NCBI GenBank assembly: GCA_009103225.1
Contig: RHPI01002112.1
Coordinates: forward strand, 72,449-136,448
Reading direction: 5' to 3'
Source: Chlorokybus atmophyticus
Taxonomy: Eukaryota; Plantae; Mesostigma and Chlorokybus algae
Length of the DNA stretch: 64,000 bases
In this document: piece after piece, positions 13,416 through 28,300 of the stretch
Position numbering within the stretch: the first letter of the stretch is position 1
How the letters are laid out: every line of letters begins with the position of its first letter
Made by a program: the position numbers and the translations under genes
Notes under the pieces: generated by a model
The model's input: the letters and a program-made list of their open reading frames with translations, nothing else
Told to the model about the DNA's origin: nothing
Database searches by the model: none

Positions 13416-14400
13416 ATGCCCTACAATGTGGAAAGTTGGCACCTGGTATCCTGCGGCTCCTTTCACTCTTTGGTCGCGCGCTGCTCGCTTTGGTGGCATG
13501 CCCTTGATCAGAACACAGCGCTGCCCAAGGTGGTGGAATGGCAGCGTACGGAGTGCGTCAATGCTGCCTGCTGTTGAAGTGTCCTGGAAGATTGCAGCAC
13601 GCATGTTGATAGGTTGCAAGCACCAAGCATTGCTCTATATACAGATCTTGCAGCTGAAGAATCTGGTAAATCACCTGGGTCTTTTCGCATTATGCTTTCA
13701 TCACTGCCGCGTGTGCCATTGAGATGATGGACATGTTGCCTGCGAGGGTGTGCGCATGTGTGTTGAGCTTTGGCGCTTGTAGGCTGGTGCTTGTGTGTAC
13801 ATCCGGTAGCCCCTATTACATACAGTAGCTGCCTGTGAAAGATGGCACTAAGTCAAGTTTTGTGTAGCCCATCAGCAAGGCAGGTGAAACAAGTTATGCA
13901 ATGTGGATGCCAAGAGTGGAGTCCCAAGACGGCACTTGCCAGAAAAATGTGCATTGCCCTTCACCATATGCAGTCTGCTGCCATTTCACACAGCGGGGAA
14001 TGTGCCCTTGCACGGGATGCATGACTAGTCTAGTGTTCCAGGAACCAAGCATATATGAAAACATCTGTGGCTACAGTTCTTTGTACAATCGCGCCCTTTC
14101 CCCTTTCGCTCTAGGCTGTGAGTACATCCGCAATGCATGTTGGCTGATTGTGTGTGACCAGCTTGACATAGCCAGCTATGCTTGTGCACATATGTGCCAG
14201 CACAGGCGGTAGATTTAGCAGTCGAAAGTAGGCAGCGCGCAAGCGCTGGGTACCTTGGTAGTCTTGTATGTAGTATGCAGGTGAGTGTGGGTGATTGCAT
14301 GTTCTATGCACGTGCAATTGTGTATCGCATTCTATGTACACAAGGTGTTGTAGCTTTATTGAGTTTGCTAAGTGAGCGTCATATTCACACGGCGGCAGGC

Positions 14401-15066
14401 TGGTCTCCCTCTCTCTCCCTCTCTCTCCCTTTCTCCCTCTCTCCCCCTCTCCCTCTCCCCCTCTCCCTCTCCCCCTCTAGCTCCCTCCCTCTCGCTCCCT
14501 CTCGCTCCCTCTCTCTCCCTCCCTCTCTCTCCCTCTCCCCCTCTCCCTCTCCCCCTCTACCTCTCTCGCTCTCTCGCTCTCCCTCTCNNNNNNNNNNNNN
14601 NNNNNNNNNNNNNNNNNNNNNNNNNNNNNNNNNNNNNNNNNNNNNNNNNNNNNNNNNNNNNNNNNNNNNNNNNNNNNNNNNNNNNNNNNNNNNNNNNNNN
14701 NNNNNNNNNNNNNNNNNNNNNNNNNNNNNNNNNNNNNNNNNNNNNNNNNNNNNNNNNNNNNNNNNNNNNNNNNNNNNNNNNNNNNNNNNNNNNNNNNNNN
14801 NNNNNNNNNNNNNNNNNNNNNNNNNNNNNNNNNNNNNNNNNNNNNNNNNNNNNNNNNNNNNNNNNNNNNNNNNNNNNNNNNNNNNNNNNNNNNNNNNNNN
14901 NNNNNNNNNNNNNNNNNNNNNNNNNNNNNNNNNNNNNNNNNNNNNNNNNNNNNNNNNNNNNNNNNNNNNNNTCCCTCTCTCCCTCTCTCTCCCTCTCTCT
15001 CCCTCTCTCTCCCTCTCTCTCTCGCGCCCTCGCCCTCGCGCCCTCGCCCTCGCGCTCGCTCTCGCG
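14401..15066. repeat. (CT/CCCT)n pyrimidine microsatellite spanning an assembly gap
   Basis: CTCTCC-type repeats on both sides of the N-run 14588-14971. Confidence 0.9.
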
Positions 15067-16205
15067 CTTGTGTGTGCCACACAACAATTTGCACGCCATA
15101 AGTTCATCCGCACACAGCTTGTCAAGCTGCACCTTGATCTGGCTGCTGCACAATTGAACACTGTTCGCATAAGCATCACAACATATGGCACGAGTATGCC
15201 AGCGACTCTGACACGCAGGTTGCGGTTATTAGTAACAACTTGATGAAGCAGCGCATGCACTGCGTGTAGTAGTGGGTCAAAACTGGCCTATGGCCTATGT
15301 AGACATGTTGTTTTGTGGTGGTGTTGGGTTGTGACCAACTCAATTCAACAACCCCACGTTGCAAGATAGCTCAACTGTACAGAGTGTGTAGCTTTGTTGG
15401 CTAGGTAAGAGCGCGGGGGGCAGCTGTGGGATGCAAATTAGGCAAGGCAAAGTCCTCAGATTCACTTGCTTGCAGCTGCCAGCACAGGCATGGGATGCTA
15501 TGTTGAGTACTACAAGCAAGGGCATTGGCGACATGGAAGCCATACCATTGGTAGAAGGCTGACAATGACCAAGGTTGTTGAAGCTATGAACCATGGCCAA
15601 CATGCTGCTTCTTGTCCTACTGCACGCAATGATGTACCCCAAACACAAACAAGATTACTGCAAACACAAATAAGAGGACCAAAATCAACACAGTAGCTCT
15701 TGCCTGTCTGTCCAGCTGTCCTGTGCAGCACTGACACATGACGGGTAAAATACAGACCACCCAGGGATCTGTTACAACATGTCCGAAGCCTGTGCGCACA
15801 TTGTTTGAGGTGTGTGGCAACGACGGTGATGCGACTGGCACCCATGTTGTGTGTGCTGTACTGCTGTTTTGCCGAGGCGAAGTTACACGCCTTGCAAAGT
15901 CTTGTTCTCTAAGACTTGTCCTGTACCCGGCGTCGGCGTCACTGGTGGCAGTGAAAATGCACAGTGCCGCACAGTCCAGTCCAGTCCAGCACGCAGTGCC
16001 TGTACTGTACTCTGCTCACCAGGCTCCAGGCAGCCCACTCACTGTGCCAAGACAAGACAAACCAACGACTGCACGAGCCATATGTCTGTGTGTCTGTGTG
16101 CATGCGTGTGTGTGTGTCTCACCATCCCAAGCGCCTCCTATATAAGCGTGCTTCGCCCACACCTACACCTACACACCCATCTCACCTCCTCCTCTCTCCT
16201 CCTCC

Positions 16206-17053
16206 ATGTCTCCAAGCATGAGGAGTACCACCTTTCTCCTGTTGTGCGCCTGTCTCTCTCTTCTCCTCCTCCTCTCCCATCAGGCCAGAGAGGCGTGGGG
16301 GGCTCAACCCATCGTCGAGGGAGACCCCCGCCAGTACGCCCACTCCTTCCGGGGCACCCCGCCCGTCATCGACGAGGAGGCGGGGAGGTTCTGGAGCATC
16401 AACAGGCAGCAGTTCACCGACGTACTCAACGAGGTGAGAGGGGGAGAGATGGTTGTTGTTGGTGTTGTTGTTGTTGTTGGGGAGGTTGTTGGGGAGGTTG
16501 GTTATATGTGTGTACAGATGGGTTACCATGTGTTCGCTATGGAGCTGGAGCCCTGCGCCACCACCATGCCCTATTTCGATGAAGGCTCCTACGCTTGCTT
16601 CATCAAATCGGGTAAGTCTTATGCTACACTCCAACACTCCCTTCGCTGATGAAAGCACAAACCTCTCACACTCACACACACACATGTTACAGGCCGGATG
16701 TTGTGGCGGACGGCGATGCTCGGCAAGCCCCTTGGCGACGCGGCTCTCAACGCTAAGGACGCCGTCGTCGTGCCGGTCGGACACGCGGAAGCCCTCCATA
16801 ACCCGAGCAGAGACACCAAGAGCCACCTCGTCTGCATGGCGTAAGAGAGGGGGGTGGTTGACTGTGCGTGTGTGCGTGTGCCTGTGCCTGTGCCTGTGCC
16901 TGTTTACACGCATGTTTGTACATGATATGCAAACACGCGCACACACACACACATGCACACACTCGACAGAGCGGTTCTCAATCATACTTGTGCGCGCGTG
17001 TGTACGTGCGTGGTTGCGTGTGGGCGAGAGTGTGTGAGTGATGCACACTCCTA

Positions 17054-17094
<41 letters not shown>

Positions 17095-18379
17095 CCCCAG
17101 CCGTTACGTGCCCAACGAGGGCTCCTACCTCCCCCGCGCCCCCCACTGGAAGCTCGCGGGTGACCCGACGGGCGATCTGCGCGACATCAGCGTGATGAAG
17201 AGCTTCGGGGCGGACGTCCTCGCGGCGGCGTACGACATCACGATGGAGGAGGTGGGTGAGAGTTAGAGTGGGTNNNNNNNNNNNNNNNNNNNNNNNNNNN
17301 NNNNNNNNNNNNNNNNNNNNNNNNNNNNNNNNNNNNNNNNNNNNNNNNNNNNNNNNNNNNNNNNNNNNNNNNNNNNNNNNNNNNNNNNNNNNNNNNNNNN
17401 NNNNNNNNNNNNNNNNNNNNNNNNNNNNNNNNNNNNNNNNNNNNNNNNNNNNNNNNNNNNNNNNNNNNNNNNNNNNNNNNNNNNNNNNNNNNNNNNNNNN
17501 NNNNNNNNNNNNNNNNNNNNNNNNNNNNNNNNNNNNNNNNNNNTGGGTGGGTGAGGGAGAGTGTGACATGTTGGTTCTTGGCTAGGCGAGAGAGTTGACC
17601 AAAGATGTGGGAGCGCGGTTCTTCAAGTTTGATGAAGAGTGCAAATCCGCACCGAGAAAGGAGGTGATTGCATCATTCTGCTCTTTTCTGAGACAACTCA
17701 ATCAATGCTACTAACAATGTAACGTGGTCTTCCTCTTAGGCAAAGAGTGTTGGCTCCAACCCGTCCGACGGCAATCCCTACGTGTGCCACTTGAGCATGA
17801 TGAAGCCGTCGGAGCAGAACGAGTACGGGGAGTTCCGCGCGTGCGATGCCAAGACACACCCCAACACGACGCTGGCGGACATGTCTGTCAACCACATGAT
17901 CATCGGAAAGGTTGGTATCTAGCGCTGAATCAGTGTAACTAGTAGGACAACAGTTTTGCAAGGTCACACAGGCGTGTGCACTTTTGTGCACACGCACACA
18001 CGCACACACGCACACGCACACGCACCCATACACCCACACACACTCGCTCAGGGTGCCTTGCGCCTGCCTCATTTCCATCCCGCGACGGCCTCCATCATCG
18101 TCGTCTGGAAGGGCCGCGTGAAGGTGACCATCGCCGGGCCGGAGGGACCGCTGCTGCTTGCTAGGTCGCTGTCTGAGGGGGACGTCTTCATCGTGCCACC
18201 GGTAAGAAAGGGGAGCTGTGTTGAGATAGAGTGGACTTGGCTGGTGAAGAGTGTGTGATCTGTGTGTGGGTGATGGAATGTAGGGTCACCCGCACGTGGT
18301 GGTCACGCCGTGCGAGCAAGAAGCGGAGCTCATCGGCTTCCGTGGAAGCGCCACGGACAAAACAGTCTTCTTGTCAGGT

Positions 18380-18418
<39 letters not shown>

Positions 18419-18639
18419 CAGTCACTCACTCACTCACTCACTGTCCAGGTCCCGACAACCTCCTCCAGTCCCTTTCGTCCGAGTCCGGCTCCTACCTCTC
18501 GACCGTGTTCGGCATCGAGGAGCAGAAGATACGGCGCCTGGTCTCCAGCCAGAAGGAGCGGGGCTTCGCGGGAGATCCAAAGTGCGAACCACCAACGTGG
18601 GAGACCGCTGATGGAGGAGATTGGGTGAAGGAGTTGTGA
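16206..18639 (+). CDS. Secreted vicilin/7S-globulin-like bicupin protein (about 9 exons; gap 17274-17543 lies in an intron)
   Basis: Signal peptide MRSTTFLLLCACLSLLLLLSHQAREAWG. Cupin 1: FAMELEPCATTMPYFDEGSYACFIKSG...DAVVVPVGHAEALHNP, SVMKSFGADVLAAAYDI. Cupin 2: GALRLPHFHPATASIIVVWKGRVKVTI...LSEGDVFIVPP|GHPHVV...TVFLS|GPDNLLQSL...LSTVFGI. Confidence 0.85.
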
Positions 18640-19370
18640 GATTTGAGAATATGTTGTGTTGTGTGGGTTTGTGCGGGTTTTGTGTGTGCTGTAGTGTGGT
18701 GCGTAAGGGAAAGATATTCTCTTGAGATGGCAGCTGCTTGTGATGTATAGATATGGACACAAGCTTGTGAAGTTCTTTGCCTATACCAACTACATGCTCA
18801 GCGCAGAGTGTGTGGTAGTCATTCGTGAAATGAGACACGATGATCATCACATGGACACAACCAAGACACCGCAGCATCACCCGTGAAGATGCACTGTGTA
18901 GGGCAGATTAGTGACGTAGTCTTGCGTGCACACAACGTGCCCTCAAGTTAACAACGACGCACAAAAAAAAAAAAAAAAAATGACATACACCGTCAACCGC
19001 CTCACATGTGAAGGTGGTCAGAAGAAGAAAAAACTGTGGCTGTGACTGGGTGTTTGTGCTCATAACAAAGTTTGCCTGCAAACATCAACGCATGCGCGTG
19101 TGGTGATTGTGTTAGAGAGCGACACTGAGGACAGGTGCGGGTGAGTAAGGCAGCGCCGCCACACGTTATAACACCTTTCCGACGCGTATACTACAATTGC
19201 ACAAGCACTTTCTGTTTCAAAACTACTACAACTCCCTCGCAAGCAATTGTTGGGTGGTAATATACACGAGTACTGTCATTTGACAGTACTCGCTTGTACT
19301 GTTACTACTATGTTCGCATGGGTACTGCTTCTACTAAATCACCTAAACAAGCAGGCACTTTTGCCAGCCA

Positions 19371-22300
19371 TCATCGCCTCTTCTCTGCGCCAGACAGGCC
19401 CGCCCCGCACCGCGCGACAAGGAATGCTGCATTGCGTTGGGCTTCTTGATCAACATCGGCGTCATTGGCGGCAACGAGTGCGTGTAGAGCGTCGAGTGCG
19501 CCGGGTTGAGATTGAAGGGCTGATAGCACCGCGGCAGTGCTGAGCACGGATCGGCCTTGTTGTGAGTTAGAGTGGGAGGAGTTGTTGTTGTTGTTGCCAA
19601 TGCTGCTGCCGTTGTTGTTGTTGTTGGGTCCGCCTTGCATCCAGTTGGTCTTGTTGGTGCGGGTGCGCAGGGGGCTGCCGAGGGAGTTGTTGCCGCCGTT
19701 GTTGTTGTTGGAGCTGTTGTTGGTGTTGTTGGTGATGTAGCTGTTGTTGCTGTCGCCGAAAGAGGAACGAGCCTTGTCGTGAATGATGTTGCGGAGGGCG
19801 CCCGTGGCGCCTGCCACAAGCATCTGGTCCCCTGTGCATGGTCGCAAAAGAGTGTTGGCAACATGCTGGAGAGAACAGGAGCTACATACAACTCTGCGAG
19901 CCACTCAACTCAATGCGCACACACGCGCTCGCACATGCATCCACGCACGCGTACACACACAAGCACATGGACATGGACGTGTGCACGTGACAAGATTGCT
20001 GTTTGTACCCGTGCACAGCAGAGAGGCAAGAGAAGGCACAGCGCTGCTGTGTCCCGCAATGGTGTCGGACGCATCGCGCGTCTGCGCCAGGTTCGCCAGC
20101 GCCTGCGTGGCGTAGACGCGCGCCATGTAGTGTGCCGCTTCGCTCTCTGCTTCCTCGGGATCGGTTGTGTCTTTGAGGCTGCTCTTCGGGCGCTCTGTGA
20201 TGGACGGGTGGGTTCATCAAGTGCATGTGTTTGTGTGTGTGCAAAGGCATGTCACTGTAATACAATTCTCTCTCTTACCTTGCAGAAGCGACACCAACCC
20301 GTCAAGTGCGCCATCATAAGCCAGTATGCTCGTATGCGTAGCCTGAGACTCCGCAAGGTTTCTCAAAGCGCCCGCTGCTGTGACCGCACCCTGCCAACAC
20401 GTATCAAGACTCGATGACTGTTGGACACGGTGTGGGTTGTAGCAAAAACAACTCAACCGGGCAGTAGAAGTAGATAAGCACACACTCCACGAGCTTACCT
20501 GTGTGTTGGTAGTGACCGCGTGCAGAAGGGCTACCATACCACCGATGACACCATCGCTTGCAGCAATGGGCTCCTGCATACCAACACATTCAGACAACGC
20601 AACATGCATTCCAACAAAAACTCCATTAACCCCAACTGAGGCTTACCTGGTTTTCGGTGCAGTTGGCCAAGTTGCCCAGCGCGCAAGCAGCGTACACTCG
20701 AGTCTCCTGCCTTGGGGCCCTCAGCAGCATAGACAGCCCGGACAGGGCGCCTGGCTCACGTGCAAGTACACGCTGCAAGGCACAGAAGAGAAGGCACAAT
20801 TACAATGCTTGTGGTGCTTGGCTTGTGGCTTGTCATCACGCATGGTATCTCTCGAAGGGCTTGCAGCGCAGCCACATGTGCACATATAGTGCGCACACCC
20901 GTGCGCACAATGTGTGTTCGTAAGCACGCAGACACGCACGCATTCGTGCAGCATGCAATGGTGTACAGACCTGTGCATAAATTCCAGACTCAGCCAGCAA
21001 GCCCATCGTTGCTGCCGCTGTGGTGGACGCTCCTGGCCCGGCGTTGAGCACGCTGATGATGGCCGGGACCGCCCCTTCACAGCGCAGTATGGACGAGCAG
21101 CCCACCTGCATGACAGAGAATGAGACACAGAATCCCCACATAGCCGCATTTCAGTCATACCTTGGTGGTTGCTAGTCTGCTCAGCAGCGCCAAGGCGTCC
21201 AGTGCGGCGACCGCAGCGGCGTCGCCGTCGATTGCCTTCAGCTGCTCTGATGCGGCGCCGCCGTACGCGTCCGCGAGGAGACGGGTAAGGGACTCGACGA
21301 CTACCTCTACGCTCTGAACAAGATCATAGTAAGAAGGCAGTGGACAGCTTTGTCTGGGATACAATGAGTAAAGAGTTGTGTGGCAGGCACAACGCCGAGT
21401 GATAGTGTGATAAGTGTGCCTTTAAGTATAAGGATGTGTGTGTCCGCCACACAACCGTGCTGCTGTGCATAGCCCACTCACACGCATGCACGCACGCACA
21501 CGCACACACACACACGCGCATTGCACGAATGCATCGCAGAGAATGTGCCAAACACGCGCATACACGCACACGCACACGCACACGCACACGCACACGCACA
21601 CACACCATGCCTACCTGGAGCATGCGATCCAGGACGACCTGCCCGTACACCTCCGCAACGTGGCACACGGTGCTGGCTGCCGCCAGCGCCACGGGCGTGG
21701 GTTTTCTCTGTCTCTGTCCCGCGGTGGCGGGCTTGTTGTCGACGGAGTGGCTGCGGAGACCAAAGAGCAGCGACCCGATCAGGTCCACGGGACGCCAGTG
21801 CTCCGCGATGGACTTGGCGAAATCGACGTCGGCGGAGAGCTCCTTTAGGGCTGGCGAGGGGGTAATATATGTGAGAGAATGGACAATTGTGGACATGCAC
21901 ATACACATAGACGTGTGCGAGCGCGCACGCGCAAACACACGCACAATTGCACACACATGCGTGCCCATGCACACGCACGCACGCACGCATACACGCGTAT
22001 GACATCGCGTGCTGTTTACCTGAGAACGCTGCGGCCTTGACTTGATCGTTTCGTGATGTTGTCAATGCTGCCAGTGTCGACACCAATCCTCGCATCTGAA
22101 AGACCACACAGAGGGATGCACATGTGTCAGTGTTGGTTTGTGTACTATATTCTGTCGTGTGTCTTGTCACAACAAGTGTACCTGGCGCACGAATTGGGCT
22201 GCTGGACAGTACGTCGCCAAGGCAGCAACCAGCGAGGCCGCGCCCATAGCAAGGGCGGTCAGCTCGCCTTTGATGCGAGCAGTGGGTTGTTGTTGCTGTT

Positions 22301-25300
22301 GTTGTTGTTGCGTCGCGGCGGGAGGGACAGCTGGCTGTTGCTGGGCCTGGTTTGGTACAGGCTGCGGACTCAAGCTGGTGTTGAGAGGGCTGACCAGGCT
22401 CGGGCTCAGCATCGACGCTTCCGATGTCCCAGTTGCTGCATGCGTCGACGTGCGTTGGGGTGACCTCCAATGTGCGTGCGTGCGTGAGTGTGCATGTATG
22501 TGCGTGTTCTACATATGCATACGTGTAAAGCATGTGCGGTTTACCAGAAAAGACGCCTGGCGACATGCTTGGGTTGGGACTCGGGGTCGGATACGGGCTC
22601 AACGCAGCGTTGATCGGGCTCGGGTTAGGTGTTGGGCTGAAAATGTGCACATACGATGAGTATGACTCAGGAAGGCTCATGATAATGCCACATACTGTCC
22701 AACGGTGTCATATGTACCTGGGTGTGGAGAGCGCATCGTTGCTCATGCTCGGGCTGTTCTGCTCCTGTAAGTTGGGCGAAGGGCTCCCGGCCTCAACATA
22801 GCCATGCCCACCCATCAGCTCCACAAGCCGCTCGATAAGCGCTCCTTTGCACCTCTCAGCCATAAGCCTGTGTTGCAGTGACACAACATCAAGATCTGTT
22901 CAACACCACAGCTTCCTCTGCTATACACACCTGGCGCCCGAGTTGGGTTGGTCCAGAGCAAAGAGGCGCATGATCTCCATGTAGCAAAGCAGGTTGGCGC
23001 GACGATCGTCCGTGAGGAACGCGTCCGTCACGGCGTCGACGGCAACGGGGCGTCTCAGAAGCACCGCACGCAAGGACTCGACCACCGCAAGACTGCAAGA
23101 AAGCACCAGGCTTAGCACATGACAATTCTCTCATGTATAGTGGTCAGGTGGTTCTTGTTGCTTACTTGCATAGGGTGCCAGCGCAGTAGTGGCGCAGTTT
23201 GGCATCGCGTGAGCGTAGCATGAGTGCGAGGGCGTCCAAGCTGCCGGACACGGCGCCAATGGCAGTGACGCCAACGCTGCTGCCGCTGAGGTTGACAAGT
23301 GCACCTGAGGAGGGCGCAAGCTTGAGCCTTAGCAGTACTGCCATGGCTGGCGATCTCACTCAAACGCACACGCAGGTGCATGCACTCGTGCACACCCATG
23401 CATGTGCATGAACGCGCGCACGCATTGTGTGAAACAGAGTGTGTAACGCACCGGCGGCTGCTCTTCTTGCATCGGGGCTCGGCTTGCCACCGCGCGGCAG
23501 TAGCGCAAGCAAAGCGGGCACGCCGTCTGGCACAGATGCCAGCTCCCTGCGCCCTCTCTCGCAGAGGGCGAGATTTCTTACTGCCCCAGCAGCAGTCTCT
23601 TTGATCTGCACAACATCACCACATTATTGAACATCCCATCACACGGGCGGCAGTCTCCTTGCCAGATGTACCTGCATGTCATCGTGTCGTAGTAACACAA
23701 CAAGGCCACGCACGCCACCAGGAGCGGCCGCAACCGCCTCCTGCGAAGCTATGTGGTTGGCCAAGTTGCCGAGCGTACCCGCCGCATACGCCTGCCAGCG
23801 ACACATACATAAGTAAAATGCAACAACACTGTCACAGCACAGCCACACAACACTCACCTGTGCCATTGTGTCGTTGCACGTAAGCGCCGACACCAGTCCC
23901 GCGAGCGCACCCGCAGCGGCAACGATGCGGGCAGCAAGCGCCGCGCTCTGGGAGAGGAAACTGAGGGCGGCAACGGCGTGTGCGCGCGCGGGAGTCTCGC
24001 ACTCGACCAGGTTCACGAGGGCGGTGACGGCGCCGTCGGTGGCGCCGATCATCGTGCGGAGAGTGTCGTGCTGCGCCAGCGAACTGAAAATACCAGTCGC
24101 ATACGCCTGCAGGTAGGTGCAAGTGTCAATAAACTTCAGTGCGAGTAGCAAGGAACAACAGGACGCACAGAAAGACAGCACACACTCACGCACACACTCA
24201 CACACATCGCCGCACATACGCGCGCATGCACATGCACACATGCATACAGCAAGCGTGTGACCTCATTCACTCACCTGCAGGTATTGGTCTGGAGATGACG
24301 CAGCAGCCACAACGCCGTTCAGCACGCCCGCAGACGAGCCGAACTTGTCTTGCATGGGTTCGACATGCGCGAGTGCGCACAACGCGCGGCCTGCGGCTAG
24401 TCGCGTACTTTCTGGTATGTCTGCAATGGCAATGATAGTGAGAGTAAGTTGCTTGTGACATTCAAAGCAAGCAGGCGCCTCAGGCAAGACGGTGCATTGT
24501 AACAACAACACACAAGCCAGGAGTCATCAACGGCAAGCGGCAAGCAAGCATGACAGTGAGACAGCTGTTGGCAGAAACTATCTAACAATCAACATTAAGC
24601 TATCATCGAAGGAGGCAACAAACATTAGTTTCTTTTACATGAAGCACTAATGCAAATCACTCACCACCGTTTAACCAGCAATAATGTACTGAGGACACGC
24701 TGAAATGCTTTAACACAGTCAGTCATAAGATTGAGACAAGGCCTTACCGTCATAGAGCAGGTCTGCCAGTCCAGAAAGCACAGCAGCTCCCTTTGCGGCA
24801 ATGAAGTCCATGGAACAGCCGGCATCCGTAATCTCCGCTAACACTGTCGCAGAAGCAGCAGCACCCTCATGACGAGTCACCAGACATACGCCTGGCTCAT
24901 CTCTCTGCAGAACACAGACATTGAGTGAGTTGATGTGTCTAGTATCCATGCACGCTACCACGCACACGCGCACAAACATGCACGCACACACGTGCACACA
25001 CTTATCTATACTGTCACACGCATTTTTGCTTGAATCATGAGATTGTACCTTGTGTTCGCTGTCATCTTCCTGTTGCACCTCTTGAAGACAGACTTCCAAC
25101 CCGCAAAGCAGCCCGTCCGGTTCGGCCAGCACAAGCTCTATGATGCTCGGCAGCGCCTCCAGAACAGCCGCAGCTGCGGTTGCGTGTATGGACGGGTGCG
25201 CGTGACGCATCATTCGCAGCAAGGTTGACACAACCTGACATACAAAGAATCAGTGAACATGTGGGCGCGTGCGCGCTCATGAATGCATTCATCGGTGTAT

Positions 25301-28300
25301 GTGTGCATACGTGCGCGTGCATGCTTGCGTGCGTGTGTGCGCTACAATTGCAGCATTATGAAATACACCACAGGTGAGTTCCATTGGCGTACGTGCCAGC
25401 ACGCAGGCACGTACGCCGATGGAACTCACCTGTGGTGTATGTACAGAGGTGTGTTGCGCTTGCGCGAATAGCAACAGCGCCGTCGTGGCATTCACAACAA
25501 CCTCATCCGGAAACTGCGCTTCCCTGGGCGCATTTTCATCAACTTCACCCCCAAGCGACCTGGTGCTGTTCTGTCTGGACACGGGCGGCTTTACACTTAC
25601 ACCGCCACCTTTAATCAACAGTTGCACTGTTGATGCAACTGCTTCATCTATCAACGTTGCTATATCCGGCTTGTTGATGTCCAGCACTGGCACGATCGAT
25701 GCGCACAGCAACGCGCAGCGCATCTGTGCTTGCAATGCCACCGGCACGTTGTCTTGCAGCTGTTTGCATCTCAGCAACAAGGAAGACAAGCAACTTGTCA
25801 AGTTCGGCAAGGCGGCGACGGTTGCTCTGTTGCTGTCATCAGCGTTGCTGATGAAGAACAGCGCCAAAGCCGTAGCACTCGCTTGTATCATAACTTCTTC
25901 TGCATGGAGATGCAAAGCACTCGCTTTGCCGGCAACGTTGTCCGGTTCATTGTTCGTCCACGATGACGCTGCTGGTTTCGCTGCCATGTGTATCAAACAC
26001 GACAAGCTGCTCGGTATCCCTTCGCGGGTGCCGACGATGGTCACTGTCTCAGGATGGCGCCTCATGACATCAATCAAGGCTTCGGTCGCTGCCAGCTGGC
26101 GCGTCTTGCCGGTGTCGACAATAACCTGCCCGGATGCCACGCGCGTGACACGCTCGGGGATCTTCACTTTGAGCTTTGCGAGGTTGGCCTTCGCTGCGGT
26201 TTTGTCAGGTTGCAACATGACGCCGAGTGCGTCAATCAGCGCGGTGTCGGGGGGAGGAAGTTGCTCTAAACACTCCCGCAAGACCTGCAAACAAGCAGGT
26301 TGCATGTGTTGTACAATGAATGCGTGAATTCTGGAGCTACACCTGCCAGAGCGTGTGTTTGTGTGCATGTGCGTGTGCGTGCGTGCATGCGTGCGTGCAC
26401 CCACACACGCACACATCCGAGCATGTGCGCATGCATGTGTGCGCCCGCGCTCGTGTATGTGTGTGTGTGTGTAATCGTGCAATGGCCAGACCTGTGAGCA
26501 GGCGATGGCTGTCCGCGGGTCGGTAGCGCGCAGGCCAGCCCGCAGTGACGAAGCGAACTGCGGGAGTGCCACGAGCTCAGCCCTGCCTTCCGCATTCGTC
26601 GCTTCACACATCCTCAACAACACCAGACTCGCGTGGAGCGAAGCCACCCCCTCATCCGTGCAAAGCAACCCCAGCAGCTTCTCCACAATATCAGTCTCTT
26701 GCAGCAACTCATCCTGCGCAACGAAGACACTCTCATCCTCTGCATGACATGTGTGAAGACAACGACAACAATACAAACAGATCAGCATGTTGGGATGTTG
26801 CAACGTACTGCAATAGAGGGGTCTGCAGCAAGCTCGTATAGTGCCTGCGCAACCGCCCAAGAGACACCTGGTCTCGTAAGTGTCTCTGCACAGGCAGTCA
26901 AGAAGTCCGGGTACTCAAAGACCGCGACTCGCCAGTTCGGGTCTGCGGCGAGGGCGGCGAGGCAGAGAGCAGCGGCCTGGTGCGGCCCATGAGTGGCATC
27001 CTGCGATTTCCAGTTTGGTGGTAAGGCAACGAGACAGTATAGACGCTCACGCGCAGACACGCGCGCACACGCACACGCTCACACACGTATACGCACACGC
27101 TTGCACGGATGCACTCACGCAGGCAGACACAGGAAGATAGAGAGTGTGTGTGCGCGTGTGGATGTGCGCACTCATTCTCTCTCTCTCTCTTGCTGTGCTT
27201 GGTGGGGCGACAAAAAACAACTGACGTATGCACGCATCCATGAGCGCACACACATAGATACAGACACAGAGAAAGAGACAATTTGTGTGCCCATGCGCAC
27301 ATGTGCACGCATGCGCTTGCGTGTACGCACATATACGCACGCCAGCGGAAATGGAAGGATTGCATGCACGTGTGTGCACGTGTGCATGTGTGTTCTGGCG
27401 TGAGACTCACCTCTGAAGCAGACACAAGCAGATCGAACAGAAGCTGCAGGGCCGTGTCCAGCACGTTGTCTGTGAGATCAACACCCGCGCGCGTGAGCCC
27501 GCGCACGAGCTGTGCGAAGGCTTGCGTAGCGGCGGTCTGAGCTGCTGGCGCAGGTAGCCGAAGCATCCGCAGCAGATGCAGAAGCAAGTTGGGTGCCGCC
27601 TGTTGACACCAACACATGTCAGTTAATTACATACTGTGTTAAGCAGCAAACACACATGCAACTCAACCTACTGCAATCTGTGCACAGCACTCGGGACTAC
27701 AGGCCAACTTTTGCAGTGCGTCTGCCAGCACAGCTGCTGCTGTCCGCAATCGAAGCCTGCATGCAATCAGTCTGTCAACTGGCAGGCGACATATCAGTGG
27801 GATATAAGGCGACACTTGCTCAGTAGAGTGACAAAATGTTCATGATGACTTGGCTTCATGCAGATAGCGCAATGGGGCATACCTTTTGGAGCTTTTGCGA
27901 AGCGTGGACTCGCCTTTTGTGGACGTCGCACGGCGCAGCAGAACTGTCACGGCTGGAAGCAGTGCCTCCATCTCCAACACCTAACTTGATCGCACGCAGT
28001 GCTTCAGTCAGCGGTGAGTGTTTGTAGGAGTGAGTGCTTGTGCGTTTGAGAGAGTGATATGCCACCTGAATCTTGATAGGGTCTTGCAGGACGTCGGCCA
28101 GTCGCACGAGCGTGGACGCTGCCCGTTCAGGTACACGGCCCTCTGTAACCACAATGGCATGTCAAACACACAGACACACGCGTTGTCTCAATGTGTTATC
28201 AATTGTACGACGAGGACAGGTGGCATGAAGATGGCGTTGAGTATCGATATACCTACCATGACACGCCAATAGAGTGGACAGCGTTGCCAGAAGCCCGTTC

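Noticed and set aside
14182-15260. Long ORFs of 200-350 aa
   Set aside because: They are artefacts of the CT microsatellite and the N gap
18963-18980. Poly(A) tract as a retroposed insertion tail
   Set aside because: No TSD or recognisable upstream element
21324-22680. Long HT/CV/RA-rich ORFs inside the ARM gene
   Set aside because: They are translations of (CA/TG)n intron repeats and alternative frames
25374-26327. 317-aa plus-strand ORF (also 15-425 and 8746-9387)
   Set aside because: These are antisense shadows of minus-strand exons
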